From Pristiophorus japonicus (Eukaryota), in the NCBI RefSeq assembly GCF_044704955.1, contig NC_091989.1, forward strand, positions 104,842,001 to 104,906,000: a DNA stretch of 64,000 nt. The letters run 5' to 3'. The notes beneath the pieces are model-generated. The model was not told the DNA's origin. It did no database searches and saw nothing but the letters and a program-made list of their open reading frames with translations. Below are positions 40,401 to 51,570 of the stretch, piece by piece. Positions within the stretch are counted from its first letter, which is position 1. Each line of letters opens with the position of its first letter. The translations under genes and the position numbers were made by a program.

Positions 40401-43400
40401 AGGCCAAACAATTCTGTTGTCGCAGCAAATTTGCTGAGTATGAATTGTAGGTCACTCTCCTTGTGTGCCATAAGGGCGCACTCGTCAGCAAAGAGTGCCT
40501 CTAAGATGAGTCGTTTCTGTACTTTGGTCTTTGCAGCAAGGCGGCGGAGATCGAACAGTGAACCATCTAATCGATATTTCAGGTAGACCCCAAACTCCAA
40601 GTCTTTTATGGCATAGTTCAAGATGCAGGTAAAGAATAGGTTGAACAGAACTGGAGCGAGTACACAACCTTGTTTCACTCCATTTGAGAGGGCAAATGGG
40701 GCTGTGGTTGTGCCGTCTGAGAGCACTTCACATGTCATGTTGTCATGAAACAGCGCAATGATGTAGACAAACTTCCTTGGGCACCCAAGTTTCATCAAGA
40801 TTGACCACAGCGCTGCTCTGTTGACAGTATCAAAGGCCTTGGTGAGGTCAATAAATACAGCGTACAGGTCCACGTTCTGCTCAATGCACTTCTCCTGCAC
40901 TTGTCTGAGTGCAAAGATCATGTCCGCTGCGCTCCGACCAGGTCGAAAGCCACATTGTGTTTCTGGAAGATTTACTTCTGAGACACTAGCTATGAGTCGG
41001 TTCAATACTATGCGGGCGATGATCTTCCCAGCAATGGACAGAAGCGATATTCCCCTGTAGTTGCCACAATCTGCTTTGTTGTCCTTGTTCTTGTAGAAGG
41101 AAACTATCATAGTGTTACAGAAGTCCTGTGGCATGTCTTCATCTTCCCAGATGCTAGTTATTATGTCATGAAAGGCCTCGAGAGTTGCTGGGCTTACTGC
41201 CTTGTAGATTTCGGCAGGGATTCCATCCTTTCCTGGAGCCTTTCCAGTACTCATCTGGTTGATGGGTTTCTTTACTTCGTCCATGCTGGGTGGAAGATCA
41301 AGATCTTCTTTGATAGGTTGCTGGTGTATGGAGTCAAGTGCTTCTTCTTTCACTGTTGAAGGTCGATTAAGAAGATTACTGAAGTGTTCTCTCCACCTCT
41401 CATGTATGCCAGTCCTGTCTTTGATCAAAATGCTGCCATCTGCTGAAAGGAGTGGGGTAGTGCTGGGTTTTGATGGTCCATAGACTGACTTGATGGCGCT
41501 GAAGAACATCTTGCTATTGTGAGTTTCAGCATAATGTTCCACTTCCTCTGCTTTCGGCTGCCACCATTTATCTTGCATCTGGCGAAGGTCTCTTTGTGCT
41601 TTGCTCTGCATATGTCTGTAACGGTCCCTCTTGGTAATTGAGGAAGCATCATTTTGCCATTCTAGGTATGCTTTTTTCTTTTCATCCAGCGTCTTACAGA
41701 TCTCAACATTGTTTTCATTGAACCAGTCTTGGTGTACCTTCTTTTTAAGTCCAAGAGTTGTCTTTGCTGAATCTGTCACCATCTGTTTGAGCTTTGTCCA
41801 CTTCTGTGTGATGTTGCCGATGAGCGGTCCGTGAGACATCAGCCTGTTATCGAGGTCATCCTGGAACTGCTCACGGTAGCACTGATGTTTCAGCCTAGCT
41901 GTGTTAAAGGCACTTCTGCTCGGTTTTCGACGCTTGCGCTGAAGTGGAGCAATGTACAGCTGGAGAGTGGGTCTGACTAGACGGTGATCTGTCCAGCATT
42001 CTGCTCCCCGCATGGCTCGTGTGATTTTTTTACATCCTTCATATCTCGCCTTCTTACAATGACATGGTCTATCATGTGCCATTGCTTAAACCTGGGGTGC
42101 ATCCAAGTTGTTTTGTACTTGTCGGCCTGCCTGAATAGAGTATTTGTGATAGTCAAGTCGTTCTCCGCGCAATACTCAAGAGGAGGAGGCCATTACTATT
42201 TAATTTTCCTGTGCCGTGCTGTCCAATGACTCCCTTCCAGGGCTTGCTGTCTTTTCCAACTCATGCATTGAAATCACCCAGGATGATCAACTTGTCTCCA
42301 GCAGGTGTGAACCTGACCAGTCTGTCTAGATCTTCATAGAACCTCTCTTTCATCTCATCGGGGCTTGGAAGGATGGGTGCATAAGCACTTATAATGGTGA
42401 TGTGGCGTTTGGCATTCAGGGTGAAACGCAGTTTCATAAGTCTTTCGTTAATCCCTTCAGGCAGATTCGGAAACTGTTGCATAACAGAAGTCTTCACTGC
42501 TATGCCAACTCCGTGGATCCTATTCTCTTTCTCTGCCTTGCCTTTCCAATAGAAGGTGTAGCCGCTACCTAGTTCACTCATGCAGCCCTCCTCTGCAAGT
42601 CTTGTCTCACTCAGAGCTGCTATATCGATGTTATAATGCTGCAGCTCTCTTGCAATAAAGTTAGTCCTTCTTTCTGGTCTTGTAGTGTCAGCTCCGTCTA
42701 AGAGTGTGCGAATGTTCTATTGTCCGAGAAGAAGTTTTCTTGTGTTATGAAGTTTTCAACTGTTGCTATATTTTCGACCGCAGAATGGGTTGAACTGCCA
42801 GCCGCGGTATACTGGCCAGTTAATGGAAGGGCAGGCAATGTTTGGGCCACCTTTTCTAGGCCCCTCCCTTATAAAGGGTGAGCAGTGCTGTCCTAAAGAG
42901 GGCTGCTCAGTCGCCTGGGGTGCTGCCGGGTTCCTCTGCTGCCCTGGATAGAGAGTCAAATTACCACTTTCCCACAGGCCGCCTACATGCAGGTTTGAGG
43001 CTACGACTCCCAGTGATCACCTCCACCTGTCGCTTTGTCCCTCCCCCATCGCCGCAGGACTTGGTATGTTGGATGATGGTTAGCACGAACCTGTACATAG
43101 ATGCTTTTAAAGTGGGAAGGCCGGTACACAGGGGAATTAAGAATACAGAACAGGCAAATGGCAGAGACGTTGAACAAATATGTTGTATTGGTCTTCATGG
43201 TAGAAGACACTAAAACATCCCAATAGTGGATAATCAAGGGGCTATAAGGAGGTAGGAACTTAATACAATCAGTATCACTAATGAAGTTGTACTCGGTAAA
43301 ATAAAGGCGAAGAAGTTTCCTGGATCTGATGGCTTACATCCTAGGTCTTAAAAGAGGTGGCTGCAGAGATAGTGGATGCATTGGTTCTAATCTACCAAAA

Positions 43401-45531
43401 TTCCCTGGATTCTGGAGGCAGTCCCAGTGGATTGGAAAACCGCAAATGTAATGCACCTATTTAAAAAAGAAGGCAGACAAAAACCAGGAAACTATAGACC
43501 AGTTAGCTTAACATCCTGTTGTTGAGAAAATGCTAGAGTTCATTTTTAAGGAAGTGGGACATTTAGAAAAGCATAATTCAATCAAGCAGAGCCAGAATGG
43601 TTTTATGAAAGGGAAATCATGTTTGACAAATTTGCTGGAGTTCTTTGAGGATGTAACGAGTAGAGTTAATAAGGAGGAACCAGTGGATGTGGTGTATTTG
43701 GATTTCCAGAAGGCATTCGATAAGGTGCCACATAAAAGGTTACTGCACAAAATAAAAGTTCATATGGTAGGGGGGTAATATATTAGCATGGATAGAGGAT
43801 TGGCTAACTAACAGAAAACAGGGAGTCAGGATAAATGGGTCATTTTCTGGTTGGTAAACAGTGACTACTGGGGTGCCACACGGATCAGTACTAGGTCCTC
43901 AAATATTTACAATCTATAATGATGACTTGGATGAAGGGTCCGAGTGTAATGTAGCCAAGTTTGCTGATACAAACATGGGCGGGAAAGCAAATTGTGAGAG
44001 GACACAAAAAATCTACAGAGGGATAAAGGCAGGCTAAGTGAGTGGGCAAAAATCTGGCAAATGGAGTATAGTGTGGGAAAATGTGAGGTTAGCAGTAAAA
44101 TAGAAAAGCAAATTTCAATTTAAATGGAGAAAAATTGCAAAGTGTTGCAGTACAGAGGGACTTTGGGGTCCTTGTGCATGAAACACGAAAAGTTAGTATG
44201 CAGGTACAGCAAGGAAACAGGAAGGCAAATGGAATGTTGGCCTTTATTGCAAGGGGGATAGAGTATAAATGCTACAACTGCACAGGGTACTGGAAACGCC
44301 ACACCTCAAGTACTGTGTACAGTTTTGGTCTCCGTATTTACGGAAAGATATACTTGCATTGGAGGCTGTACAGAGAAGGTTCACTAGGTTGATTCCAGAG
44401 ATGAGGGGGTGATTTATGAAGATAGGATGAGTAGGTTGGGCCTATACACATTGGAGTTCAGAAGAATGAGAGGTGACTTCAATGGAAATAATATCGGGAG
44501 ATGTAAAACGGGCCGCGGATTCCCTGTCATCAGACTTACACTATCGCACACCAACATTATCCCAGTTTGTTTCTCGAGTCTGGCTGATAATGATTGCTTT
44601 GAACTACAAATTGCAGAATAAGAAACTCACCTGATCAGATTGGCAAATATCTCTGTTATAGACGAAGCAAGGAACCGATGACAGACTGACCTACGCCGCT
44701 CTCGTAACCAGCACCACGAAAAACGCGAAAGGCAGACAGGAGGAGAGCACGGTGTATGCCCAGGTACAGCTCAGGTCATTCACTGAAACACAATACTGAG
44801 CCGCAGGAAATAGAAAGGTCCCAGGTTTAATCTAGCAAGTGTGTTGTGTCGGCTGATCGCAGACAGGTTTCATTATAATTGACCTTCGTGTCCCAGGGAT
44901 CGGCTGAAAAGTACAAATGCGCGGCAGGTTCCACCTTGGAGCCTCCCCCGTGGGATCAGCAGGTCACCCTGGCTGTCGGCTCTCGCCTTAAAACGGTGCT
45001 TTGCGATATGAGTATTCCAAATATTTAACAGGCGAGTATGACATTGCTTTGTCTGCTATTTTAATTGAAATATTAACCTGCTCATGTAAATGATTTACAA
45101 CATTAGACGAACTCATTTTATATGAGCATTAAACCGGAATATTAACGAGATTTTTTCGGGCCCAAGAATGGACACTGAAGGGGAGGGCAGCTGCTCCTGG
45201 AATTGGAGCCCAACAGGAATCAGTGTTTGCCGAGCAGGGAGAAACCGGAGACAATACAATCAATCAGTACAAAGTCTGAATAAACCGCTTCCAATCTGAA
45301 GTTAGGAATTGATGAGAGGAAATTTCCCCGCAGCCTTTTTTAAACCGCAGTGTGCAATGGACTAACGGGTGCTCCTAAATGTCACTTTCACAGACTAAAC
45401 AAAGAGGCGGAGATAAGCTGACTTACACCGCCCTGCAGTTTGCTGATTCTAAGAAAACATCAACATCTAAACACCAAGGCCAGGGCGCGGTGTCTGCAGA
45501 AGTGAACCTGAGAAACAAAGAGAGGAGCTGA
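31410..45531 (+). CDS. SIRP-alpha-like / VJ-C1 Ig-superfamily inhibitory receptor, 378 aa; join(31410-31464,31671-31976,34286-34585,36962-37066,37757-37800,38726-38812,44662-44763,45394-45531)
   Basis: All introns are GT-AG with consistent phases (1,1,1,1,0,0,0); 1137 nt open frame; leader, V, C1, TM and three ITIM exons in canonical order. Confidence 0.88.
31671..31976 (+). CDS. Exon 2: V-set Ig domain with germline-joined J-like G strand
   Basis: VSMFC...VYWW...DSGMYYC...GDGSGSRLTV; tttccgatag acceptor, G|gtaagt donor; 306 nt. Confidence 0.95.
34286..34585 (+). CDS. Exon 3: C1-set Ig domain (absent from the ORF track)
   Basis: LECKTAGFYPEHLEISW...YEVSSWL...YTCLVSHVSL; ttttctctgttaaag acceptor, G|gtaaga donor; 300 nt. 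Confidence 0.95.
36962..37066 (+). CDS. Exon 4: transmembrane segment
   Basis: GPGAIVPVIFGSAGGALAILLLIIILTRLRLKSSD; basic stop-transfer residues; G|gtaaga donor. Confidence 0.92.
37397..37560. mobile_element. Palindromic MITE of about 160 bp; relatives at about 9766-9872, 32045-32200, 44476-44555, 58760-58912 and 59270-59455
   Basis: Arms ttgcgatagtgtaaaacggatgacagcgaattggcag / ctgccgactcactatcacccgttgtacactatcgca are reverse complements. Confidence 0.7.
37757..37800 (+). CDS. Exon 5: juxtamembrane cytoplasmic exon GIKRNSEEAGQIEEP
   Basis: Strong tttttttttcctttag acceptor; phase 1 to phase 0; gtagga donor. Confidence 0.75.
38726..38812 (+). CDS. Exon 6: ITIM exon A (VVAYTTLNLRDNRGPPKRRQEKEQTIYSQ)
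   Basis: cttattcttacag acceptor; ITIM VAYTTL; CAG|gtagag donor. Confidence 0.85.
38913..44478 (+). mobile_element. CR1 LINE in intron 6, split by an RTE insertion (pieces 38913-39503 and 43131-44478)
   Basis: APE motif IIMGDFN before the RTE and RT motifs (VYLDFQKAFDKVPH) after it. Confidence 0.88.
39504..43130 (-). mobile_element. Full-length RTE-clade (BovB-like) LINE with a 14-bp TSD
   Basis: APE (IAALSETR, ISAYAP, ILGDFNA) and RT (QCGFRPGRS, GVKQGCVLAP, LFADE) domains; TSD ggggaattaagaat at 39490-39503 and 43131-43144; a few stops and frameshifts. Confidence 0.95.
44662..44763 (+). CDS. Exon 7: ITIM exon B (TKQGTDDRLTYAALVTSTTKNAKGRQEESTVYAQ)
   Basis: ctctgttatag acceptor; ITIM LTYAAL; CAG|gtacag donor. 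Confidence 0.85.
45394..45531 (+). CDS. Exon 8: terminal ITIM exon C (TKQRGGDKLTYTALQFADSKKTSTSKHQGQGAVSAEVNLRNKERS*)
   Basis: ACTAAC branch point at 45361-45366, cactttcacag acceptor; ITIM LTYTAL; TGA at 45529-45531. Confidence 0.87.
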   Translation, partial: TKQRGGDKLTYTALQFADSKKTSTSKHQGQGAVSAEVNLRNKERS

Positions 45532-45980
45532 GAATCTGAACACAGTCCGAAGATGTGGATTATTTATGGTGTAGGCCCAGGGTATTCGATTGTACTCCGT
45601 AACATATGTGTCTGTCACGGTTTTCATTTATTACGGCCAGGCTGTGGAGTAACGAGCTGGAACGTCGCATATATCGTATGTGTATGTTGGGGATGGGGAG
45701 GCGGGTGAAGTGGTAATTTTCACCTTCAGTGAACTGGCGGAATTGGTCGCCGGCACATTATAGAACCAGCCCGCTATCGGGCGCTTTCCAGGGCGAGGCT
45801 AGGGTCCGTAACGGCTGCAAGCTGAAAATCTGCTCCGGACCATGTGTTCTGGATTTCAAGTGTGCGCGATATTATCAACCGGTTGTCATCGAAACTTTGT
45901 AACGTCAGCTTGTGACGGCTCTTAAACTATAGCTTGCATGATTGAGATCACAGGGGTTCATGAGGAGTCCCTTGTACTCT

Positions 45981-45986
45981 AATAAA
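45981..45986 (+). terminator. Polyadenylation signal of the receptor gene
   Basis: AATAAA 450 nt after the stop, followed by T/GT-rich sequence. Confidence 0.7.
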
Positions 45987-47279
45987 GTGCCATTCGATTC
46001 AATTTGTTTTAATGAATATTTATTTACGTTGTTTAACAAATTATACTGAGGTGAATGATCAGCCATGATCTTATTGAATGGTGGTGCAGGCTCGAAGGGC
46101 CGAATGGCCTACTCCTGTACCAATTTTCTATGTTTCTATAACATTTGTCTTTTAAAATGCTTTTGGCGACAGCAATTATTTGCTGTGAAATCTGCCTGTA
46201 TTGTGCTCTTTGGGTCACAGGGTAGAGGGAGGAGGTCGGCGAAAGTACCCATTCCACACCCCTTGAAAAATGCACCGAACTCTTTCTTCAAAGATTCTAG
46301 GCTCATATTTTGAAGCAGCCGAGTTTCAATCCAGGGACAGACGAGCCTAACCCCCCGCTCTCCTCCCGGATAAAAGTTAAATCCTACTCTTAAAAGGGAC
46401 AATATCACTCAAATACCAGAAGTTGGTCCATCCAAATAACGTTAAACAAAATTAAAAGCTAAATAGCATCAAAACTAAAATGAAATATGGTGCTTAGCGG
46501 CCTTTTCCTCCCAACCTTCACATGAGAAGAACCTAGTTGGAGAGCGCAGTACAGACAGTCACTATTCAAATATAAAAGCAACGTGTTTCTTCCCACTCCA
46601 CAGCGCAGCCAACATGGACTCTTGCTGTGGTCCGGGGCTGTGTCCCTTTCATTGTGGTGTTGCAAAATACACCAGCTAGCCGAGCCCAATGCGGTTTCGG
46701 TGTAGGGTACAGTTAGTGAAGGGGCTCTATAGCAGAACAGGACAAAACTAAAGGGTACAGCCGTTCTCCCACCATTGTAAATCAGTTTCAGGTACACAAA
46801 GCGATCAGAAAGACAAAAGACATGTACATAGATTTTATATCCATATGAACAGAGTACAGGGATTTATTAAACGGCTTTTCAAAAAATAATTGTACTTCTG
46901 CTCAAGATTACATTTGGAATTGTTTTATAAATAGGATATAAAGTCTGACCAACTGCTAGCAGCTTGAGTGTGAATACACCCGCACCATTCGTGCGATGGA
47001 GTACTGCAGACACTAAGCTATCGATCATTTTGGTACCAATGCACAATACGTTTGGGGCGGGGAGAGAGAGGAACACTAGCTCTGAAATTCTACAAGGCCA
47101 CTACCATCAATCCCCTGCTCAAACGTTAGCGGACCAGGGGCGACCTCAAAGAAACAGTATAAGCAGACCTTTGTCATTTATCTCGGGTTGACAAAGTTAG
47201 AGCGGGAGGCCAGTGATAGCCTTGCGGAATGCCAGGGACACCGTATTTAATATAACGTACTTTGTACGACTTACAATTA

Positions 47280-49100
47280 GAACACAAGAACATAAGAAAT
47301 AGGAACAGGAGTAGGCCATACGGGCTCTCGAGCCTGCTCTGCCATTTAATACTATCATGGCTGATCCGATCATGGATTTAGGGTCCACTTCCCTGCCTGT
47401 TCCCCATAACCCTTTAATCCCTTATCAGTTAAGAAGCTATCTTAGTCTTAAATTTATTCAATGTCCCGGCTTCTCCAGCTCTCAGGCAGCGAATTGCACA
47501 GATTCACAACCCTCTGAGAGAAGAAATTCCTCCTCATCTCAGTTTCAAATGGGCAGCTCCTTATTCTAAGATTATGCCCCCTAGTTCTATTCTCCCTTAT
47601 CAGTGGAAACATCCTCTCTGAATCCATCTTGTCAAACCCCCTCATAATCTTATACGTTTCGATAAGATCACCTCTCATTCTTCTGAATTCCAATGAGTAG
47701 AGGCCCAACCTCCTCAACCTTTCCTCATAAGTCAACCCCCTCATCTCTGGAATTAACCTAGTGAACCTTCTCTGAACTGCCTCCAAAGCAAATATATCCT
47801 TGTAAAAATGGAAACCAAAACTATACGCCATATTCCAGGTGTGGCCTCACCAATACCCTGCATTATTGTAGCAAGACCTCCCTACTTTTATACTGCATCC
47901 CCTTTGCAATAAGGCCAAGATTCCATTGGCCTTCCTGATCACTTGCTGTACCCGCATACTAAACTTTTGTGTTTCATGCACAAGTACCCCTAGGTCCCGC
48001 TGTACTGCAGCATGTTGCAATTTTTCTCTACTTAAATAATAACTTGCTCTTTGATTTTTTTCTGCCAAAGTGCATGACCTCACATATTCCAACAATATAC
48101 TCCGTCTGCCAAATTTTTGCCCACTCAGCCTGTCTATGTCCTTTTGCAGATTTTTTGTGTCCCCCTCACATATTGCTTTTCCTCCCATCTTTGTATCATC
48201 AACAAACTTGGCTACGTTACACTCAGTCCTTTTGTTCCATGTCATTAATATAGATTGTAAATAGTTGGGGTCCCAGCACTGATCCCTGCGGCACACCACT
48301 AGTTACTGATTGCCAACCCGAGAATGGACCAGTTATCCCAACTCTCTGTTTTCTGTTAGTTAGCCAATCCTCTATCCATGCTGCCCCCAACCCGGTGAAC
48401 TTTTATCTTGTGCAGTGGCAGTAAACTTTTATGTAGCACCTTGTCAAATACCTTCTGGAAGTCCAGATACACCACATCCACTGATTCCCCTTTATCCACC
48501 CTGTTCGTGACATCCAGAAAGAATTCAAGCAAATGTCAAACATGACTTCACCTTCATAAATCCATATGTCCTGCTACTGCATCTTGAATAATGGACTCCA
48601 AAATTTTCCCAACCACAGATGTTAGGCTAACTGGTCTATAGTTTCCTGCTTTTTATCTGCCTCCTTTTTTAAATAGGGGCGTTACATTTGCAGTTTCCCA
48701 ATCTGCTGGGACCTCCCCAGAATCCAGGGAATTTTGGTAAATTACAACCAATGCATCCACTATCCCTGCGCCACAACTTCTTTTAAGACCCTAGGATGTA
48801 AGCCATCAGGTCCAGGGGATTTATCCACCTTTAGTCCCATTATCTTACTGAGTACCACCTCCTTAGTGATTGTGATTGTGTTAAGTTCCACCCCTCTTAT
48901 AGCCCCTTGACTTTCCACTGTTGGGATATTGTTTGTGTCCTCTACCGTAAAGACTGATACAAAATATTTGTTCAGAGTTTCTGCCATCTCCATATTCCCC
49001 ATTACTAATTCCCCAATCTCATCCTCTAAGAGACCAATATTTACTTTAGCCACTCTTTTCCTTTTTATCTACCTATAGAAACTCTTGCTATCTGTTTTAT
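47280..49100 (-). mobile_element. CR1 LINE, 5'-truncated and decayed
   Basis: ORFs 47454..47831, 47847..48299 and 48760..49053. Confidence 0.9.
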
Positions 49101-49326
49101 GCAATACATCTCAGCATCACTCTCACCAGTGACAGACCCATTCCTACCCTGCTACTTCACTATATTTGTGCACCTCTCTCCAGGCACCAACTAGTTTTGG
49201 ATGGCAAAACGAATTACTGTTTATTTGTATGCAGCTTTTCCAGAATACAGAACTATACATGCCGACAGTAATCCTAATGACAGCACTTCTGTACTGTGCC
49301 CAGCCTTTGCCAACAATAATGTCCTA

Positions 49327-50584
49327 CAGGTGCAGCGTCCAGAATCCGGAACCCTTGGGACCAAGTCCGTTCCGGATTTTGCGCTTTGCCAGAATTTGAA
49401 ACGTCTTTCTGATGTCACGAATCCGGAAACATCCGAGCCCAGGTTCGGGTGTTTCCGGATTTTGGAACATCAGAAAGAGGGGGAGGGGGGATGGCCATCG
49501 ATGAGCTGTTCGGGTCGCCAGGTGGGGCCCCACAACCGTGGAAGTGTTCGGGCGGGGCCCCGCCGCTCTGGAGTTGTTCAGGCCGGGCCCCACCGCTGTG
49601 GAGTTGATCAGGCGGGACTTCGCTGCCATGGAGTTGTTCGCACGGGCCCCGCGAAGAGGAGATATTCTTCGCATGGGCCCCGCCAAAGAGGAGATGTTCG
49701 CGCGGGGCCCTGCCACCGAAATGTTCATGCGGGGCCTCGCCGCCGTGGAGGTGTTCGGGTGGGGCCCCGCTGAAGAGGAGCTGCTCAGGTGGGGCCCTGT
49801 ACGGAGGAGGTGTTCTTGTAGGGCCCCGTCGCGGAGGAGGTGTTCGTGCGGACTGGCGAGTTGAGGCCTGAGGTTGGGCGGTGGCGGCGATGGGCGGTGA
49901 GGCAAGGCCTGAGGTCGTGCGAAGAGGTCTGAGATCAGGCGGTGGCGAGGGGTGGTGTGGCGAGGTCCGAGGTTGGGCAGCAGCGATGCTGAGGCGAGGT
50001 CCGAGGTTGGGCAGCAGCGGTGCTGAGGCGAGGCCGGAGGTTGGGCAGCGGCAGCGGTGAGGCGAGGCCCGAGGTCGGGCAGCGGAGACGGATGGTGTGG
50101 CGAGGCCCGAGGTCGGTCAGCGGCAGCGGTGAAGCAAGGCCCGGGCAGCAGAGATGGACGTTGTGGCGAGGCCCGAGGTCGGGCAGCGGCGAGAGGTGGT
50201 AGCGAGGCCCGAGGTCGGGCAGCAGTCGGCGGTGAGGCGAGGCTCGAGGTCGGGCGGCGAAGTGAGGCCTGAGGTTGGGCAGCGGCGAGAGGTGGTGTGG
50301 CGAGGCCCGAAGTCGGGCAGCGAGGCGAGCCCCAAGGTCGGGCAGCGGCGAGGGATGGTGTGGCGAGGCCCGAGGTCGGGCAGCAGCGAAGGGTGGTGTG
50401 GCGAGGCCCGAGGTCGGGCAGCGACGATGAGGCCCGAAATCGGGCAGCGGCGGCCTCAAGGTCGGCAGGTTCCTGATTCCAGAACATTTTACGGATTGCG
50501 GATAACCGTGCCACCAATCGGTTTGGAGTCCGAATTCCGGCACATTCCGGATTCCGGACCTCTGGATTTTGGACGCTGCACCTG
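49327..50584. mobile_element. Non-autonomous Tc1/mariner (Tigger/pogo-like) element filled with GC-rich tandem repeats
   Basis: TA|CAGGTGCAGCGTCCAGAATCC...GGATTTTGGACGCTGCACCTG|TA gives TIRs with a TA TSD. Confidence 0.88.
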
Positions 50585-51570
50585 TAATACATCCTACTGG
50601 CAGAATGAAGTGCAACACTGCAGCATCAAAAAGTTCAGATTTCTAACACTCTGCAAGGTTCAGACAGTACGGCAAGACATTTTTTAACAATCCTTTTTTG
50701 GATGTGAATGGCACAGGCAAGGACACATCTGGAACCACGAGGTCATGGTGAGTCTTCCTCGATTGCTGCTATTCTGGTGATGCTCATACTCCCATATTCT
50801 AATTCATACCTCTCAGATTTGCCGAGAAGGAACCCACAACTCATTTTCAATGCATTTTGGAATAGTGTGAAATCAATATCTCATGCTTCCAACTTGTATT
50901 ATTCAGTATAAACAATTAAAACAGAAATTTCCAAAGTCAGTAGAACTTCAAAATTTGAGCTAAAGGCTGAAGTTGGAATGAACCATCGACTCACCACTAA
51001 CTGCAGAGACAAACAAACCCAGAGCGGCAGGTGGCTCATTGCCGTTCAAGACCAAGCTACACTCACCTCATGACAGATTTTCATCCCCGCAGGCCAATCT
51101 TTTAATAACTTTAGTCCAGTTCAAACTGATTTTTTTCTTTTGCGGCTTCAAGTATTCTCCCCCGCTTGGGCTGTTAGCCCGGCTGAAACCCTCCCGAACT
51201 TAAAGAATCGCGCAGTGAAGGGGAGAGCCACCGTGACGACATCATCAGCACTATGCTGATGACTGAGAGTGGTGGCCATTACACCGGCTCCAACCTCCAC
51301 CCCTCTATACTGTGAACTTCCACTTACCACCGCACATCCGCCCCCATTATGACCGACTTCCGGTCCGATATAAAAAAAAGCCAAAGAGCGGAATTTCGTT
51401 CCAGAGGCAACCACATCCACCGCACCGGTAACATCAACAGAAACATGGTAGATGTGCCCCGTTTCCACTGGTGGGCAATTTTGGCCCCCTTGTCTCCAAG
51501 CAGCCAGCCTGGAAGTCTGTTTGGAGGAGCAAAGAGCTGAGGGAGCATGGAATGGTGCAGGATGAAAGAG

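Noticed and set aside
46459-46797. Minus-strand ORF containing a YxxL (DCLYCAL)
   Set aside because: No TM or Ig exons could be linked to it; a single motif is expected by chance
49201-50687. 422-aa and other overlapping Pro/Arg/Ala-rich ORFs
   Set aside because: Stop-poor GC-rich tandem repeats inside a MITE, open in several frames on both strands, with no domain motifs
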